This document shows, piece after piece, positions 37,235-47,228 of a DNA stretch of 64,000 nt. Source of the DNA: Candidatus Nealsonbacteria bacterium (GTDB lineage Bacteria > Patescibacteriota > Minisyncoccia > Minisyncoccales > RBG-13-42-11); assembly GCA_026396115.1 (NCBI GenBank), contig JAPLXL010000005.1, positions 2,967 to 66,966 of the forward strand, given 5' to 3'. A model generated the notes under the pieces. The model had not been told where the DNA came from. It searched no databases and saw nothing but the letters and a program-made list of their open reading frames with translations. The first letter of the stretch is position 1. Each line of letters opens with the position of its first letter. Made by a program: the position numbers and the translations under genes.

Positions 37235-39793
37235 TTGGGAGATGGGCAAATTTGGACAGCCGTATCAGAACTTGATGGTGGGAACTTTGTAGCAACTAAA
37301 AGGACCACAACAGCTTATAATTCGGATTTATCTCAGTTACAAGTAGTTGATAATAAAATATATTTTGTCTATAGCAAATATGATGATAATTATAACGAAC
37401 AAATCTGGACAGCTATTATGGATTTAGATGGTTCAAACTGGTCTGCCACCAAAAGAACTACTTCAAATTACAGTAAGATGAATCCTCATATGCAAGTGGT
37501 TGGTACTAAAATATATTATGCTTGGTATGAAAATAACGATTTAGGTAATTATCAAATATGGATAGCAAGTATGAATTTAGATGGTTCAAATTGGTCTGCC
37601 ACTAAAAAAACTGATACTGCTTATGATAATTTAGATATATCTTTCCAAGTAATTGACACTAAAATATATTATGCTTGGTGTGGGTTACAAGCTGATCATC
37701 ATCGTATCTTTACAGCCATATCAGACCTTGATGGTGGGAATTGGGAAGCTACTGAAAGAGTAGATACTGCTGGATTTACTTATACAAAGGGCATAGTACT
37801 TCAAGTAGTTGATACTAAAATATATTATACTTGGATACAAAGAGTTGTGGCGAATTATAAAGACCAAATTTGGACAGCAGTTATGAATATCGATGGAACT
37901 AATTGGGTAGCCACACAAAAAACTACATCGAATTATCATAAAGCATCTGTTCAATTAGAAGTTGTCGGTGACAAAATATATTATGCTTGGGAAGAAACTG
38001 ATGGTTCTGATTATCAAATCTGGACAGCCACAATGGATACAGACAGCACAGATTGGTTAGCGATTAAAAGAACGACTTCTGCTTACGATAAAGAATTTCC
38101 TCAATTGCAAATAGTGTCAGGTATCATATATTACTTGTGGGACGAATATGATGATTTGGGTAATAGCCAAATATGGATTACTATTTGGAATATTAGTGGC
38201 AATTTTGCTTACGGTGAATGGGTAAAATTCATATCAGAAGTGCCATCGCATGGCGGTGGTAGAATGCTTATGCCACCCCAAGCACCGGCTGGCGGTTTTC
38301 GGATTTTGATTAATGATGGTGCTGAATACCCTGATAGTCCAATCGTTAATCTCAAATTATTCGGTGGTCCGGATACGACAAGAATGGCAATTTCTAATTT
38401 TTCCGATTTTAGAGATGCCGAACAGGAAACTTATACCTTAACTAAAATTTGGGATTTATGTAAAGGATTTGCTTCCTGTCCTGAAGGCGAATATACTGTT
38501 TATGCTAAATTTTATGCTCCCTGGGGAACGGCTTCAGAAGTTGTTTCAGATAGTATTACTTATAAAAAACCAGAAGAAGAGCCAGAAGAGGAAGTGTCTA
38601 AGGAAGAGCAACCCGAGGAGAAAAAAGCAGAAGAAGAGATATTAGAGGAGGAAGAATTAGAAGAAATTCCCGGAATTTTCCCAGAGGGCGAGGAAGTCCC
38701 TGAAAAGGTATTACCAGAAAAAGAAATGCCAAAGAGGGAAACATTGCAAGAAAGATTCACTGCTCTTGTTTTAGGGATAATATCGGAAACAATAAAAAAG
38801 CTGAAAGAACTGAGAGAAAATGAAGCAATAATTAAAGTGAATTATCAGATTATTACCCCTGTTTTAGTCCCAATAGCCCTTATCTTAAATACTACAAATT
38901 TTGTTTTAACCAGCATCCCTCTTTTACTCCCTAATTTCCGATTTATTTTAGCCCAACTTTTTGGTTTATTAACAGGACTTTTTCGAAAGAAACGTAAGCC
39001 TTGGGGGGTAGTATTTAGTACTTTTAATCAAAAACCATTGAGAGGAGTGATAGTTAGAATTTATGAGAAACAAACTAACAAATTGATAGAAACGCAGATT
39101 ACTGATATACAGGGAAGATTTGGTTTTTTGGTTGGTCCTGGACAATATTATATTAAAGCTCAAAAGCCAGGTTATATTCTTTCAACTGCCAAAAAAGAAT
39201 TTATTTTTGATGGACAACAAATAACTCCTTACAAGGGAGAGGTTATTGATATTAAAGGAGAAGAGAAGGGAGAAAAAGGAGAAGGATTAATCAATGTTTT
39301 CATCCCTCTTGACCCTGATACATTTCTCGTTCCCGCCAAACGCTTAGTATTCTTTAAGCTATTTAATAAAGTTGAATCATTGTTAAGAAAGGTTAATCCC
39401 TATATTTTTGTTTCTGGATTTTCTTTTTCTGGTTTTGCTTTATTTGTTACTCCTGTCACTTATAACAAGGTAATTTTTGTTATGTATCTTTTTCTACTCG
39501 GAGTGAATATCATTACTTCCTTAAATTTGAGAAAACAGTATGGCGTGATAAAAGATTCCAGAACAAAATTATCTTTAAGCTCAGCGGTAGTTAGACTTTT
39601 TAATGCTGAATATGGCCAATTGGTCCAAGAGAGAATAACCGATCAAAATGGAAGGTACAGATTTTTACTTTCGCCCGGCACTTACTACCTTATAATTTTG
39701 AAAGAAGGATATCAGATTTTTCAAAGTGATCTCTTGGTTGTTAAGACAGAGAAAGCCATTGAGAAGAACTTTGAATTAGAAAGAGTAATATGA
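37235..39793 (+). CDS. Surface protein 3' part: ~53-aa propeller repeats, acidic linker, TM, carboxypeptidase-regulatory-like domains
   Basis: QIWTA.MDLDG.NW.AT repeats; KPWGVV...TDIQGRFGFLV.PG.YY; frame already open from 37187. Confidence 0.7.
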   Translation: MGDGQIWTAVSELDGGNFVATKRTTTAYNSDLSQLQVVDNKIYFVYSKYDDNYNEQIWTAIMDLDGSNWSATKRTTSNYSKMNPHMQVVGTKIYYAWYENNDLGNYQIWIASMNLDGSNWSATKKTDTAYDNLDISFQVIDTKIYYAWCGLQADHHRIFTAISDLDGGNWEATERVDTAGFTYTKGIVLQVVDTKIYYTWIQRVVANYKDQIWTAVMNIDGTNWVATQKTTSNYHKASVQLEVVGDKIYYAWEETDGSDYQIWTATMDTDSTDWLAIKRTTSAYDKEFPQLQIVSGIIYYLWDEYDDLGNSQIWITIWNISGNFAYGEWVKFISEVPSHGGGRMLMPPQAPAGGFRILINDGAEYPDSPIVNLKLFGGPDTTRMAISNFSDFRDAEQETYTLTKIWDLCKGFASCPEGEYTVYAKFYAPWGTASEVVSDSITYKKPEEEPEEEVSKEEQPEEKKAEEEILEEEELEEIPGIFPEGEEVPEKVLPEKEMPKRETLQERFTALVLGIISETIKKLKELRENEAIIKVNYQIITPVLVPIALILNTTNFVLTSIPLLLPNFRFILAQLFGLLTGLFRKKRKPWGVVFSTFNQKPLRGVIVRIYEKQTNKLIETQITDIQGRFGFLVGPGQYYIKAQKPGYILSTAKKEFIFDGQQITPYKGEVIDIKGEEKGEKGEGLINVFIPLDPDTFLVPAKRLVFFKLFNKVESLLRKVNPYIFVSGFSFSGFALFVTPVTYNKVIFVMYLFLLGVNIITSLNLRKQYGVIKDSRTKLSLSSAVVRLFNAEYGQLVQERITDQNGRYRFLLSPGTYYLIILKEGYQIFQSDLLVVKTEKAIEKNFELERVI

Positions 39794-40932
39794 ATATTCT
39801 CATTTTCCAAAATCTCTATATTTTCTTTTCAGCACTGGTTATAATTTGTATTTTTTTGATAGAAATCTTAACCATCAGAAGTAAGAAAAAAATCGAGCTT
39901 CAAAAAACAGCCATTGATTATTTATTTGATGGGTTGATTATAATCGATAGATCAAGGGTAGTAAGAGAACTGAATCCAAAAGCCGAGGAGATGTTGGGTG
40001 TCCAGAAAAAGAAAATAGTTGGTAAAATCTTCTCTGAAAAACTGAAAACTCCATATTTTGAAAGCCTTATCAGAATAATTTCTGTAATGGCCGAGAAAGG
40101 AAAGCGAGAATGGAAAGATATAATTATTGAAAAGCCGAGAAGATTAGTGCTCCGAGTAACGCCAATCCCTATTTTTAATAAAAAGAGAAAATGGACAGGA
40201 TATATTTTTATTCTTCATGATGTCACGCGAGAAAAGGAGATTGATAAAGTTAAATCGGAATTTATTACTATTGCCGCCCATAAATTAAGGACGCCTCTTT
40301 CAGAAGTAAAATGGGGGATCGGTTCATTAATGACTGAGAAAGAGAAGTTATCTTCTGATCAAAGGGAACTTTTAGAAAATTGTTATCAGGCAAACGATAG
40401 GATAATTTTTGAGGTAGATAGCTTACTTAATGTATCTGATCTTGAAAAAGGACTTTTCAAATATAAATTTATATTTGAATCTTTAGAGGATATAGTGGCT
40501 GAAGTTGTCCAGAATATGAGCGAATTTGCGAAAAAACAAGGAGTTTCTTTAAAATATCAAGAACCACCAGAAACTTTGCCCGAGGTAAAAGTAGATAAAG
40601 ACAAAATAAGTATAGTTGTCTATAATCTTTTAGATAACGCTTTAAGATATACCCCAAAAGGAGGTAAAGTATTAATTGGGATTAGAGAAAAAGATAAATT
40701 TCTTGTAGTTTCTATTAAAGATACGGGGATAGGCATATCTCCTTTAGAGCAAAAATTAGTATTCACTAAATTTTTCAGAAGCGAGAGAGCAATGAAGATA
40801 CATACGGAAGGTCTTGGTTTGAATCTTTTTGTCGTTAAAAATATTGTTGAAAAACATGAAGGAAAAATTTGGTTTGAATCCGAAGAAAATCAAGGAACTA
40901 CTTCGCACTTTAAATTACCAATTTTAAAATAA
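39790..40932 (+). CDS. PAS sensor histidine kinase
   Basis: AHKLRTPL H-box, NLLDNALRY, DTGIGI, GLGL. Confidence 0.9.
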   Translation: MNILIFQNLYIFFSALVIICIFLIEILTIRSKKKIELQKTAIDYLFDGLIIIDRSRVVRELNPKAEEMLGVQKKKIVGKIFSEKLKTPYFESLIRIISVMAEKGKREWKDIIIEKPRRLVLRVTPIPIFNKKRKWTGYIFILHDVTREKEIDKVKSEFITIAAHKLRTPLSEVKWGIGSLMTEKEKLSSDQRELLENCYQANDRIIFEVDSLLNVSDLEKGLFKYKFIFESLEDIVAEVVQNMSEFAKKQGVSLKYQEPPETLPEVKVDKDKISIVVYNLLDNALRYTPKGGKVLIGIREKDKFLVVSIKDTGIGISPLEQKLVFTKFFRSERAMKIHTEGLGLNLFVVKNIVEKHEGKIWFESEENQGTTSHFKLPILK

Positions 40933-40993
40933 AATTATCCATAAGTCAAAAATATTTTTTAAATTTAAATCGAATAAAATTTAATGCAGGATT

Positions 40994-41200
40994 ATGAATA
41001 ATAAATTAAACAAAAGGTCGACGATAAAGGGAATTATCTTTCCAGCATTTATTGGGGCAATAGCCGGTGCTTTAGGAGTTTCTATGAGAAGAGGTGGAGC
41101 CAGTTTATTAGAGATTATTTTGGTAGCAGTTGCTGTTGCTCTTGCCCTTGCTGTGGTTGGTTGGATATTTTCAAATCTATGGAAAAGCAAACAAAAATAA
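40994..41200 (+). CDS. Small membrane protein
   Basis: Two hydrophobic helices. Confidence 0.55.
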   Translation: MNNKLNKRSTIKGIIFPAFIGAIAGALGVSMRRGGASLLEIILVAVAVALALAVVGWIFSNLWKSKQK

Positions 41201-41499
41201 CTTATTTGCTGTTTGGATTGACTATACTTTCTGTTATTCTACATAACGCTATTTCAGCTTTTTTTGAGATTGAGGAACCAGTATTTTTCATTCTGGCTCT
41301 TGTTTTCGCCTTAGGATTTGCCATTTCAGTCATTTACAACCTAATTAGCTATATTAAAAAGGGCGAACCAAAGGACTTATGGAAACTGGGGTTTTTAGGA
41401 CTATTTGGGTTATGCGGATTGATTGGCAGTCTTGGATTATATGGTTTCTTTGGCTTTTTCGGGTTCTTCGGAGCTAAAGGCTGGAAAAAGAAAGAATAG
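41179..41499 (+). CDS. Membrane protein with GFFGFFGFFG tail
   Basis: Hydrophobic ORF, LHNAIS...EEPVFF. Confidence 0.65.
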   Translation: MEKQTKITYLLFGLTILSVILHNAISAFFEIEEPVFFILALVFALGFAISVIYNLISYIKKGEPKDLWKLGFLGLFGLCGLIGSLGLYGFFGFFGFFGAKGWKKKE

Positions 41500-41935
41500 A
41501 AAAGACGGGTTCCATTTGGAAGACCCTCCTTTCGTGTCTCATTTGTCTCATTTTGTGTTAAAATAGTGAAATAAGCCCCGACCGAGACGCGTTATGAGAC
41601 AGCTCTAAAAAAGGCCAAAATTACTCTTAAAACCTTGGTTCTGGACCGAGACACACAGCAAATTAAATAAAAGGTCACAACCGTAATAAAAAATAAAAGA
41701 TAATAAAAAAATGGGTATGGGATGGGCGAACAAAAAAAGACTTGATAGAAGATTGAAAAAGAGAAACAGGAATGAAAATAAATCAAAGAAAAGATAGCAG
41801 AAGTCCGCAAAAAATCGCTTTCTTGGCGGTTTTCTAGTATCATAAAAATCGGGAATTCGCTATCAAAGACTCTGACGGTTACAAGATAATTTTCTATAAA
41901 AGGTCGTCTATATAATTAACAATAAAATTAAAATT

Positions 41936-42253
41936 ATGGAAGAAACATCAAAAAAAGAACAGTCTAATATAATGGCTATTCTAAGCTATATCAGCGTTCT
42001 CTGCTTAATCCCCATCTTAATGAAGAAGAAAGATGAATTTGTCAATTTCCACGCCAAACAAGGATTTATCTTGTTCGTCGCTGAAGCGGCAACTTGGATG
42101 GTTTTTAGCATTTTTCCTTTTCTCTGGTTTTTAGTCAATATCTTTGGCCTTGTTTGGCTTGTTTTGAGCATTATCGGAATCGTTAATGTTCTAAACAAGA
42201 AAAAGAAAGAGATTCCATTATTAGGCAGGTTTGCGGAAAAAATTAAATTCTAA
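41936..42253 (+). CDS. DUF4870-like membrane protein
   Basis: AILSY, FVNFHAKQG, IPLLG. Confidence 0.8.
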   Translation: MEETSKKEQSNIMAILSYISVLCLIPILMKKKDEFVNFHAKQGFILFVAEAATWMVFSIFPFLWFLVNIFGLVWLVLSIIGIVNVLNKKKKEIPLLGRFAEKIKF

Positions 42254-42366
42254 GAAATGAAGTTCAAAAAATCGCCAGGAAGGCGGTTTTTTGGTTGACA
42301 AATTTAAAATAGATATATATAATATAAACATCTTTAAAAATAAAATAAGGAAAGAGGTGATAAAAA

Positions 42367-42834
42367 ATGATAAAGAAATCAATAGAATTGATCGTAATCT
42401 TAGGAGTAATTTTGGTTTTTCTGATAGGTTGCGAATCAGTAGTACCAAACATAGAGGCTCCACTTGATGAAATTGTTGGCGGGCCAGGCGATCCTACTAT
42501 TGAATTCACCTATGTACCCCCCTATGGTAGTTTTGTAAATCTTAAAGGTCAGGTTTGGCATGTGAAACCAACTGACTATAAAGTAGCGGTGTATATCAAG
42601 GTAAACCTTGGGTGGTGGACCAAACCTTATTGGAGCACCCCACTGACGGTTATAAAGTTAGATGGAAGTTGGATATGTGACATTACAACCGGTGGAATTG
42701 ACGAGAAAGCAACAGGAATTGTAGCTTTCCTTGTACCAAACGGATATAGCCCGCCATCTATGTCAGGAGGTTCGACATTGCCCTCAGGGTTGGATGAAAA
42801 CGCGCTCGCAAAAGTGATAACAACACGTTTCTAA
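42367..42834 (+). CDS. Putative lipoprotein
   Basis: Signal peptide ending LIGC; GWWTKP; SD GAGGTGA. Confidence 0.7.
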   Translation: MIKKSIELIVILGVILVFLIGCESVVPNIEAPLDEIVGGPGDPTIEFTYVPPYGSFVNLKGQVWHVKPTDYKVAVYIKVNLGWWTKPYWSTPLTVIKLDGSWICDITTGGIDEKATGIVAFLVPNGYSPPSMSGGSTLPSGLDENALAKVITTRF

Positions 42835-43004
42835 AAAAGCAAAGAGGTGTAATAGCTTGTTACACCTCTCTTTGTTCAGTTAATGATACATAGTGTCAAC
42901 TCTATTTTTAACCCCGGTAGTAGAGCGAAGCTCACTACGGGGCAGGCAAAAATAGAATTGACAAGACTATTCAAGACTTGAATATAAAATGGTATAATAA
43001 AACT

Positions 43005-43967
43005 ATGGAAAACACTCAAGCTCATAATACGGGAAGCATGCCGAGGGATGTTTTTTTGTATCTTTTGAATATTTTCACTTTTTACGTTAGCGTTATCAGT
43101 TTTATTACTGTTTTTATCCAGTATATAAACGTTCTTTTTCCCGACCCGCTTAATTTTTATTACACGGGCATAACCAATGCGATCAGGTTGTGCACATCAA
43201 TACTGGTGATAGCGGTTCCGGTGTACATACTAACTTCCTGGATACTGGGCAAAGACTTTAAAAAGAATCACGAAAAGCGAGAGCTCAAATTGAGAAAGTG
43301 GCTGCTTTATTTTACCCTTTTTATATCGGCTGTCACCGTTATCATTGATTTAATTATTTTTGTTTATAACTTCTTTAGTGGAGAATTAACCGTGCGGTTT
43401 CTTTTGAAAATTATTGTTGTACTTTTTGTGGCAGCAGCCGTCTTTGGCTATTATATTTGGGATTTGAAAAGAAAAGACAGGGAAACTTCCCAAATACCCA
43501 AAAGGCTCTCCTGGGCTGTTTCTTTTTTGGTTTTGACAAGCATTGTTTTAGGTTTTTTTATTATCGGCACGCCCAAAGAACAGCGCGCCAGGAGGTTTGA
43601 CGAGCAAAGAGTGACTGACCTGCAAATGATGCAAGACCAACTTATTAACTATTGGTTACAAAAAGAAAAACTGCCCCAAGACCTTAGTCAACTGGAAGAC
43701 AGTATTTCAGGATTTATTGTTCCCAAAGATCCTGAAACCGCGGCTTCCTATGAATACAATGTGATTAATAATCTTTCTTTTGAATTTTGCGCTGTGTTTA
43801 AAACTTTAAGCAAAGATTTTGGCTCAGTTCCTGCTCGTCCGATTTTTTACGGTGACTTTTACCAGCAAAACTGGGCTCATGAAGTTGGCAGAACTTGTTT
43901 TCAAAGAACAATTGACCCTGATTTGTATAAAAAAACGCTGGTGCCGGAGCCAGTGCGAAAGGATTAA
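43005..43967 (+). CDS. DUF5671-like membrane protein
   Basis: PRDVFLYL, LRKWLLYFTLF, GELTVRF, RRFDEQRVTDL, PKDPET. Confidence 0.75.
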   Translation: MENTQAHNTGSMPRDVFLYLLNIFTFYVSVISFITVFIQYINVLFPDPLNFYYTGITNAIRLCTSILVIAVPVYILTSWILGKDFKKNHEKRELKLRKWLLYFTLFISAVTVIIDLIIFVYNFFSGELTVRFLLKIIVVLFVAAAVFGYYIWDLKRKDRETSQIPKRLSWAVSFLVLTSIVLGFFIIGTPKEQRARRFDEQRVTDLQMMQDQLINYWLQKEKLPQDLSQLEDSISGFIVPKDPETAASYEYNVINNLSFEFCAVFKTLSKDFGSVPARPIFYGDFYQQNWAHEVGRTCFQRTIDPDLYKKTLVPEPVRKD

Positions 43968-44101
43968 TTTCTTAAAAATAAAATGTTATTTTTTAATTAT
44001 CCTGCGTCGCAGGATAATTTAGTTCTTTTAGGAGGCAAATAGTGAAAGACAGGGTAGTTTTGGCGGTATCAGATAAATAATTGCAATAAAATTTTAAATC
44101 A

Positions 44102-44596
44102 ATGTTTAAAAAAAGAATAGTAGTTGTTTTTATTTTTTGTTTTTTGCTTATATTATTTTTTTTGATAGCACTTTATTATAATCAAATAGGAAACAGGGAA
44201 GAAATTGTAGGCGAAAAAAATAATTACTTGGATTTATCAAGTTTTTCCGAGATTTGCTTTAAAAGCTTTTGTTTTGAAATAGAAGTGGCACAAACTTCAG
44301 AAGAGAAAAAACAGGGACTTATGTTCAGGGAGTATTTGCCGGAAAACAAAGGAATGCTTTTTGAATTTAATCAAGAAGGAATCCATAGCATATGGATGAA
44401 AAATACTCTTATTCTTTTGGATATTATTTGGCTTGATAAAAATCTGGAAGTTGTTTTTATGAAAGAAAATGCTTTGCCGTGTAAAAGTGATCCTTGTCCA
44501 GTTTATAGCAATCTAATTCCAGCTCAATATGTTTTAGAAGTTAATGCGGGAAAAGTTAAGGAATTAGAGTTAGAAATAGGTGATAAGCTACAATAA
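44102..44596 (+). CDS. DUF192 family protein
   Basis: GLMFR, GMLF, WMKNT..LDIIW, YVLEVNAG. Confidence 0.9.
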   Translation: MFKKRIVVVFIFCFLLILFFLIALYYNQIGNREEIVGEKNNYLDLSSFSEICFKSFCFEIEVAQTSEEKKQGLMFREYLPENKGMLFEFNQEGIHSIWMKNTLILLDIIWLDKNLEVVFMKENALPCKSDPCPVYSNLIPAQYVLEVNAGKVKELELEIGDKLQ

Positions 44597-44673
44597 TATT
44601 CCGACAAAATCCGACTTCCCGGAAATAAGATAAATTTAAAATATAAAATCGAAAACGAGTTAAAAAATAAAAA

Positions 44674-44898
44674 ATGAAAATTTCTGTCAGAGTAAAGCCA
44701 AATGCAAAAGAAGAAAAAGTGAAGAAGATTAATGAGACATATTTTGAGATTTGTGTGAAAGAACCTCCAATAAAAGGAAAAGCAAATAAAGCAATAATTA
44801 GAGTCTTGGCTGATTATTTTGATATTTCTCCATCAAGAATAAATATTATTTCTGGTTTTAAATCAAAAGAGAAAATTTTAGAAATTAAACATAACTGA
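44674..44898 (+). CDS. DUF167 family protein
   Basis: VKPNAK, PPIKGKAN, GFKSKEK. Confidence 0.9.
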   Translation: MKISVRVKPNAKEEKVKKINETYFEICVKEPPIKGKANKAIIRVLADYFDISPSRINIISGFKSKEKILEIKHN

Positions 44899-45030
44899 TA
44901 ATTCACCGAGAAAAAGAAATATTTATAATCCAATGAAAAAATATAATTTTACCAAGGCAGATATACTGTAAACGAGTCGCCAATGGAGCGATTTTTTGGT
45001 AGAATATAGGATATAAATCATCAAAATTGT

Positions 45031-46239
45031 ATGAGCAATGCAAAACAACAGCAGAATTTAAATTTTTATGGTCTCGGAATCGCGCCGGGGATTCTTGAGA
45101 TTTTGAAAAAGATTCGTTATGTGACGCCAACTCCCATTCAACATCAATCAATACCCATTGCCATTCAAGGAAAGGATATAGTTGGTATCGCCCAAACAGG
45201 TACGGGTAAAACTCTTGCCTTCGGTATTCCGATGATTCAGCGTTTGGCAAGCACTAAGGGTTTGGGATTGGTGCTTTTGCCGACCCGAGAGCTGGCGCTG
45301 CAAATCGATGCGGAACTTCGTAAAGTCGGCAATTCTCTCGGCCTTAGAACCGCAGTCTTGATCGGCGGGGTTCCCATCGGGCCTCAAATAGGATCTATTC
45401 GGAGAAACCCGAACATTATTATAGCAACACCCGGGCGCCTGATTGACCATTTGCATCAAAAAATAGTTAATCTTAAAAATGTAAATATTTTAATTCTTGA
45501 CGAAGCTGACCGCATGCTGGACATGGGATTTTTGCCGCAAATAACAGAAATTTTAAGATCGGTTCCAAGAGAACGCCAAACAATGCTTTTTTCAGCTACG
45601 ATTTCTCCGGAAATAATGAGCATTGCGTCGGCGAATATGAAGTTTCCGATCCGCGTCGAAATAGCTCCTACCGGTACGACAGTCGACAGCGTTTCTCAGG
45701 ATATTTTTATTGTCGCCAGAGAAGAAAAAGTGAGTTTGCTCAAAAAGGTTTTGGCCCAGTATTCGGGACCTACGCTTATATTTACAAGAACGAAATACGG
45801 AGCCCATCGTATCGCGCGGGCAATCAAGCAAATGGGTTATTCGGCGGCAGAAATACATTCAAACCTCACCTTTCCGCAGAGAAAAAGCGCTTTGAATGGT
45901 TTTAAGACCGGGGAATATCGCGTGCTCGTGGCAACCGATATTGTGGCGCGGGGGATTGACGTAATCGGAATAGAATTGGTTATAAATTATGATTTGCCCT
46001 CGCAAGCGGAAGACTATGTCCACCGAATAGGCAGAACTGCCCGTGCCGGCATGAAAGGCCATGCGATTTCTTTTGTGACGCCGTCTGAACAGGGAGAAAT
46101 TCGCGCAATCGAATGGTTAATCAGAAAAAAATTGAACGTATCTACGCTTCCTGAATTTCCGACTATGCAATTTGCAAAACCCCGGTTAGTTTATTCCAGC
46201 AGGAAGTACCGGAGGGGAAAAATGGGAGGAAGCAGATAA
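45031..46239 (+). CDS. DEAD-box RNA helicase
   Basis: PTPIQ, AQTGTGKT, PTRELA, DEAD, SAT, HRIGRTAR. Confidence 0.95.
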   Translation: MSNAKQQQNLNFYGLGIAPGILEILKKIRYVTPTPIQHQSIPIAIQGKDIVGIAQTGTGKTLAFGIPMIQRLASTKGLGLVLLPTRELALQIDAELRKVGNSLGLRTAVLIGGVPIGPQIGSIRRNPNIIIATPGRLIDHLHQKIVNLKNVNILILDEADRMLDMGFLPQITEILRSVPRERQTMLFSATISPEIMSIASANMKFPIRVEIAPTGTTVDSVSQDIFIVAREEKVSLLKKVLAQYSGPTLIFTRTKYGAHRIARAIKQMGYSAAEIHSNLTFPQRKSALNGFKTGEYRVLVATDIVARGIDVIGIELVINYDLPSQAEDYVHRIGRTARAGMKGHAISFVTPSEQGEIRAIEWLIRKKLNVSTLPEFPTMQFAKPRLVYSSRKYRRGKMGGSR

Positions 46240-46343
46240 AAAATACGAGTGTGGATTATATTTTGGAATTTTCTCGTAAGAGGTTGCCGGCAAATGAAGT
46301 TCAAAAAATTGCCAAGAATGCGGTTTTTTGGTAAAATGGAAAC

Positions 46344-46544
46344 ATGGAAGAAGAAATTTTTAAAAAAATTGAAGAACAGGATAAAAAACTCGAAGAAATT
46401 TATCGTTCTGTTGAAAAGATGAGAAAGTATTTTCTTTGGACGCTTATTGTAACTATAGCTGTGATTATCTTCCCGCTTATTGGAATATTACTTCTCATTC
46501 CTAAATTTTTAAGTACCATAAGTGGCAGTAATTTGGGTTTATAG
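46344..46544 (+). CDS. Small coiled-coil plus TM protein
   Basis: KLEEIYRSVEKMRKYFLW. Confidence 0.7.
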   Translation: MEEEIFKKIEEQDKKLEEIYRSVEKMRKYFLWTLIVTIAVIIFPLIGILLLIPKFLSTISGSNLGL

Positions 46545-46599
46545 AATTGCTGGCAGAAATTGAATTACTTAATTAAGCCTTAAGAATTACCAGCAAAAC

Positions 46600-47148
46600 A
46601 TGACATTAGATGTAAAATTGCTCTATTTTCTCAATAACTTCGCTGGCAAATCCCAGCTTTTTGATGCTCTCACAGTTTTTCTCGCTTCATATTTGCAGTA
46701 TTTTCTCGTTGTCATCTTTCTTCTGCTTTTGTATTTTTCGGCATATTCAAAAAAGGAAAAACTCTACATATTTTGGACAACCACTATCTCAATTATGGTT
46801 GCCCGTCTCGGAATAACCGAAATTATCCGTTTCTTTTATAATCGTCCTCGCCCTTTTATTACCCATCAGGTGCACCAGCTCCTCTCCGAAAATGAGTGGT
46901 CATTTCCGTCTGGTCATTCAGCTTTTTTCTTCGCAATGGCAATCGCTATTTATCTTTGCAACAAGAAATGGGGCGTAGGATTTTTCATAGCCGCAGTCAT
47001 TATGAATATAAGCCGCATTGTTGCAGGAGTGCATTACCCATCTGATATTCTGGGCGGAATGATTGTTGGTGTTGCAGTCGCTTATGTTGTTTTCTACTTG
47101 ACTGAAAAGTGGATGATAAAACTTCCCGGAGAAAACAATAGTGTGTAG
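46600..47148 (+). CDS. PAP2 family phosphatase
   Basis: RPRP, SFPSGH, SRIVAGVHYPSD. Confidence 0.92.
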   Translation: MTLDVKLLYFLNNFAGKSQLFDALTVFLASYLQYFLVVIFLLLLYFSAYSKKEKLYIFWTTTISIMVARLGITEIIRFFYNRPRPFITHQVHQLLSENEWSFPSGHSAFFFAMAIAIYLCNKKWGVGFFIAAVIMNISRIVAGVHYPSDILGGMIVGVAVAYVVFYLTEKWMIKLPGENNSV

Positions 47149-47228
47149 CTAGCACATGCTAAGTCAGGTGACCGAGCCATCCAGAATCGCCAAGAAGGCG
47201 TTTTTTTGGTAGAATAAAAAAGATTTTT

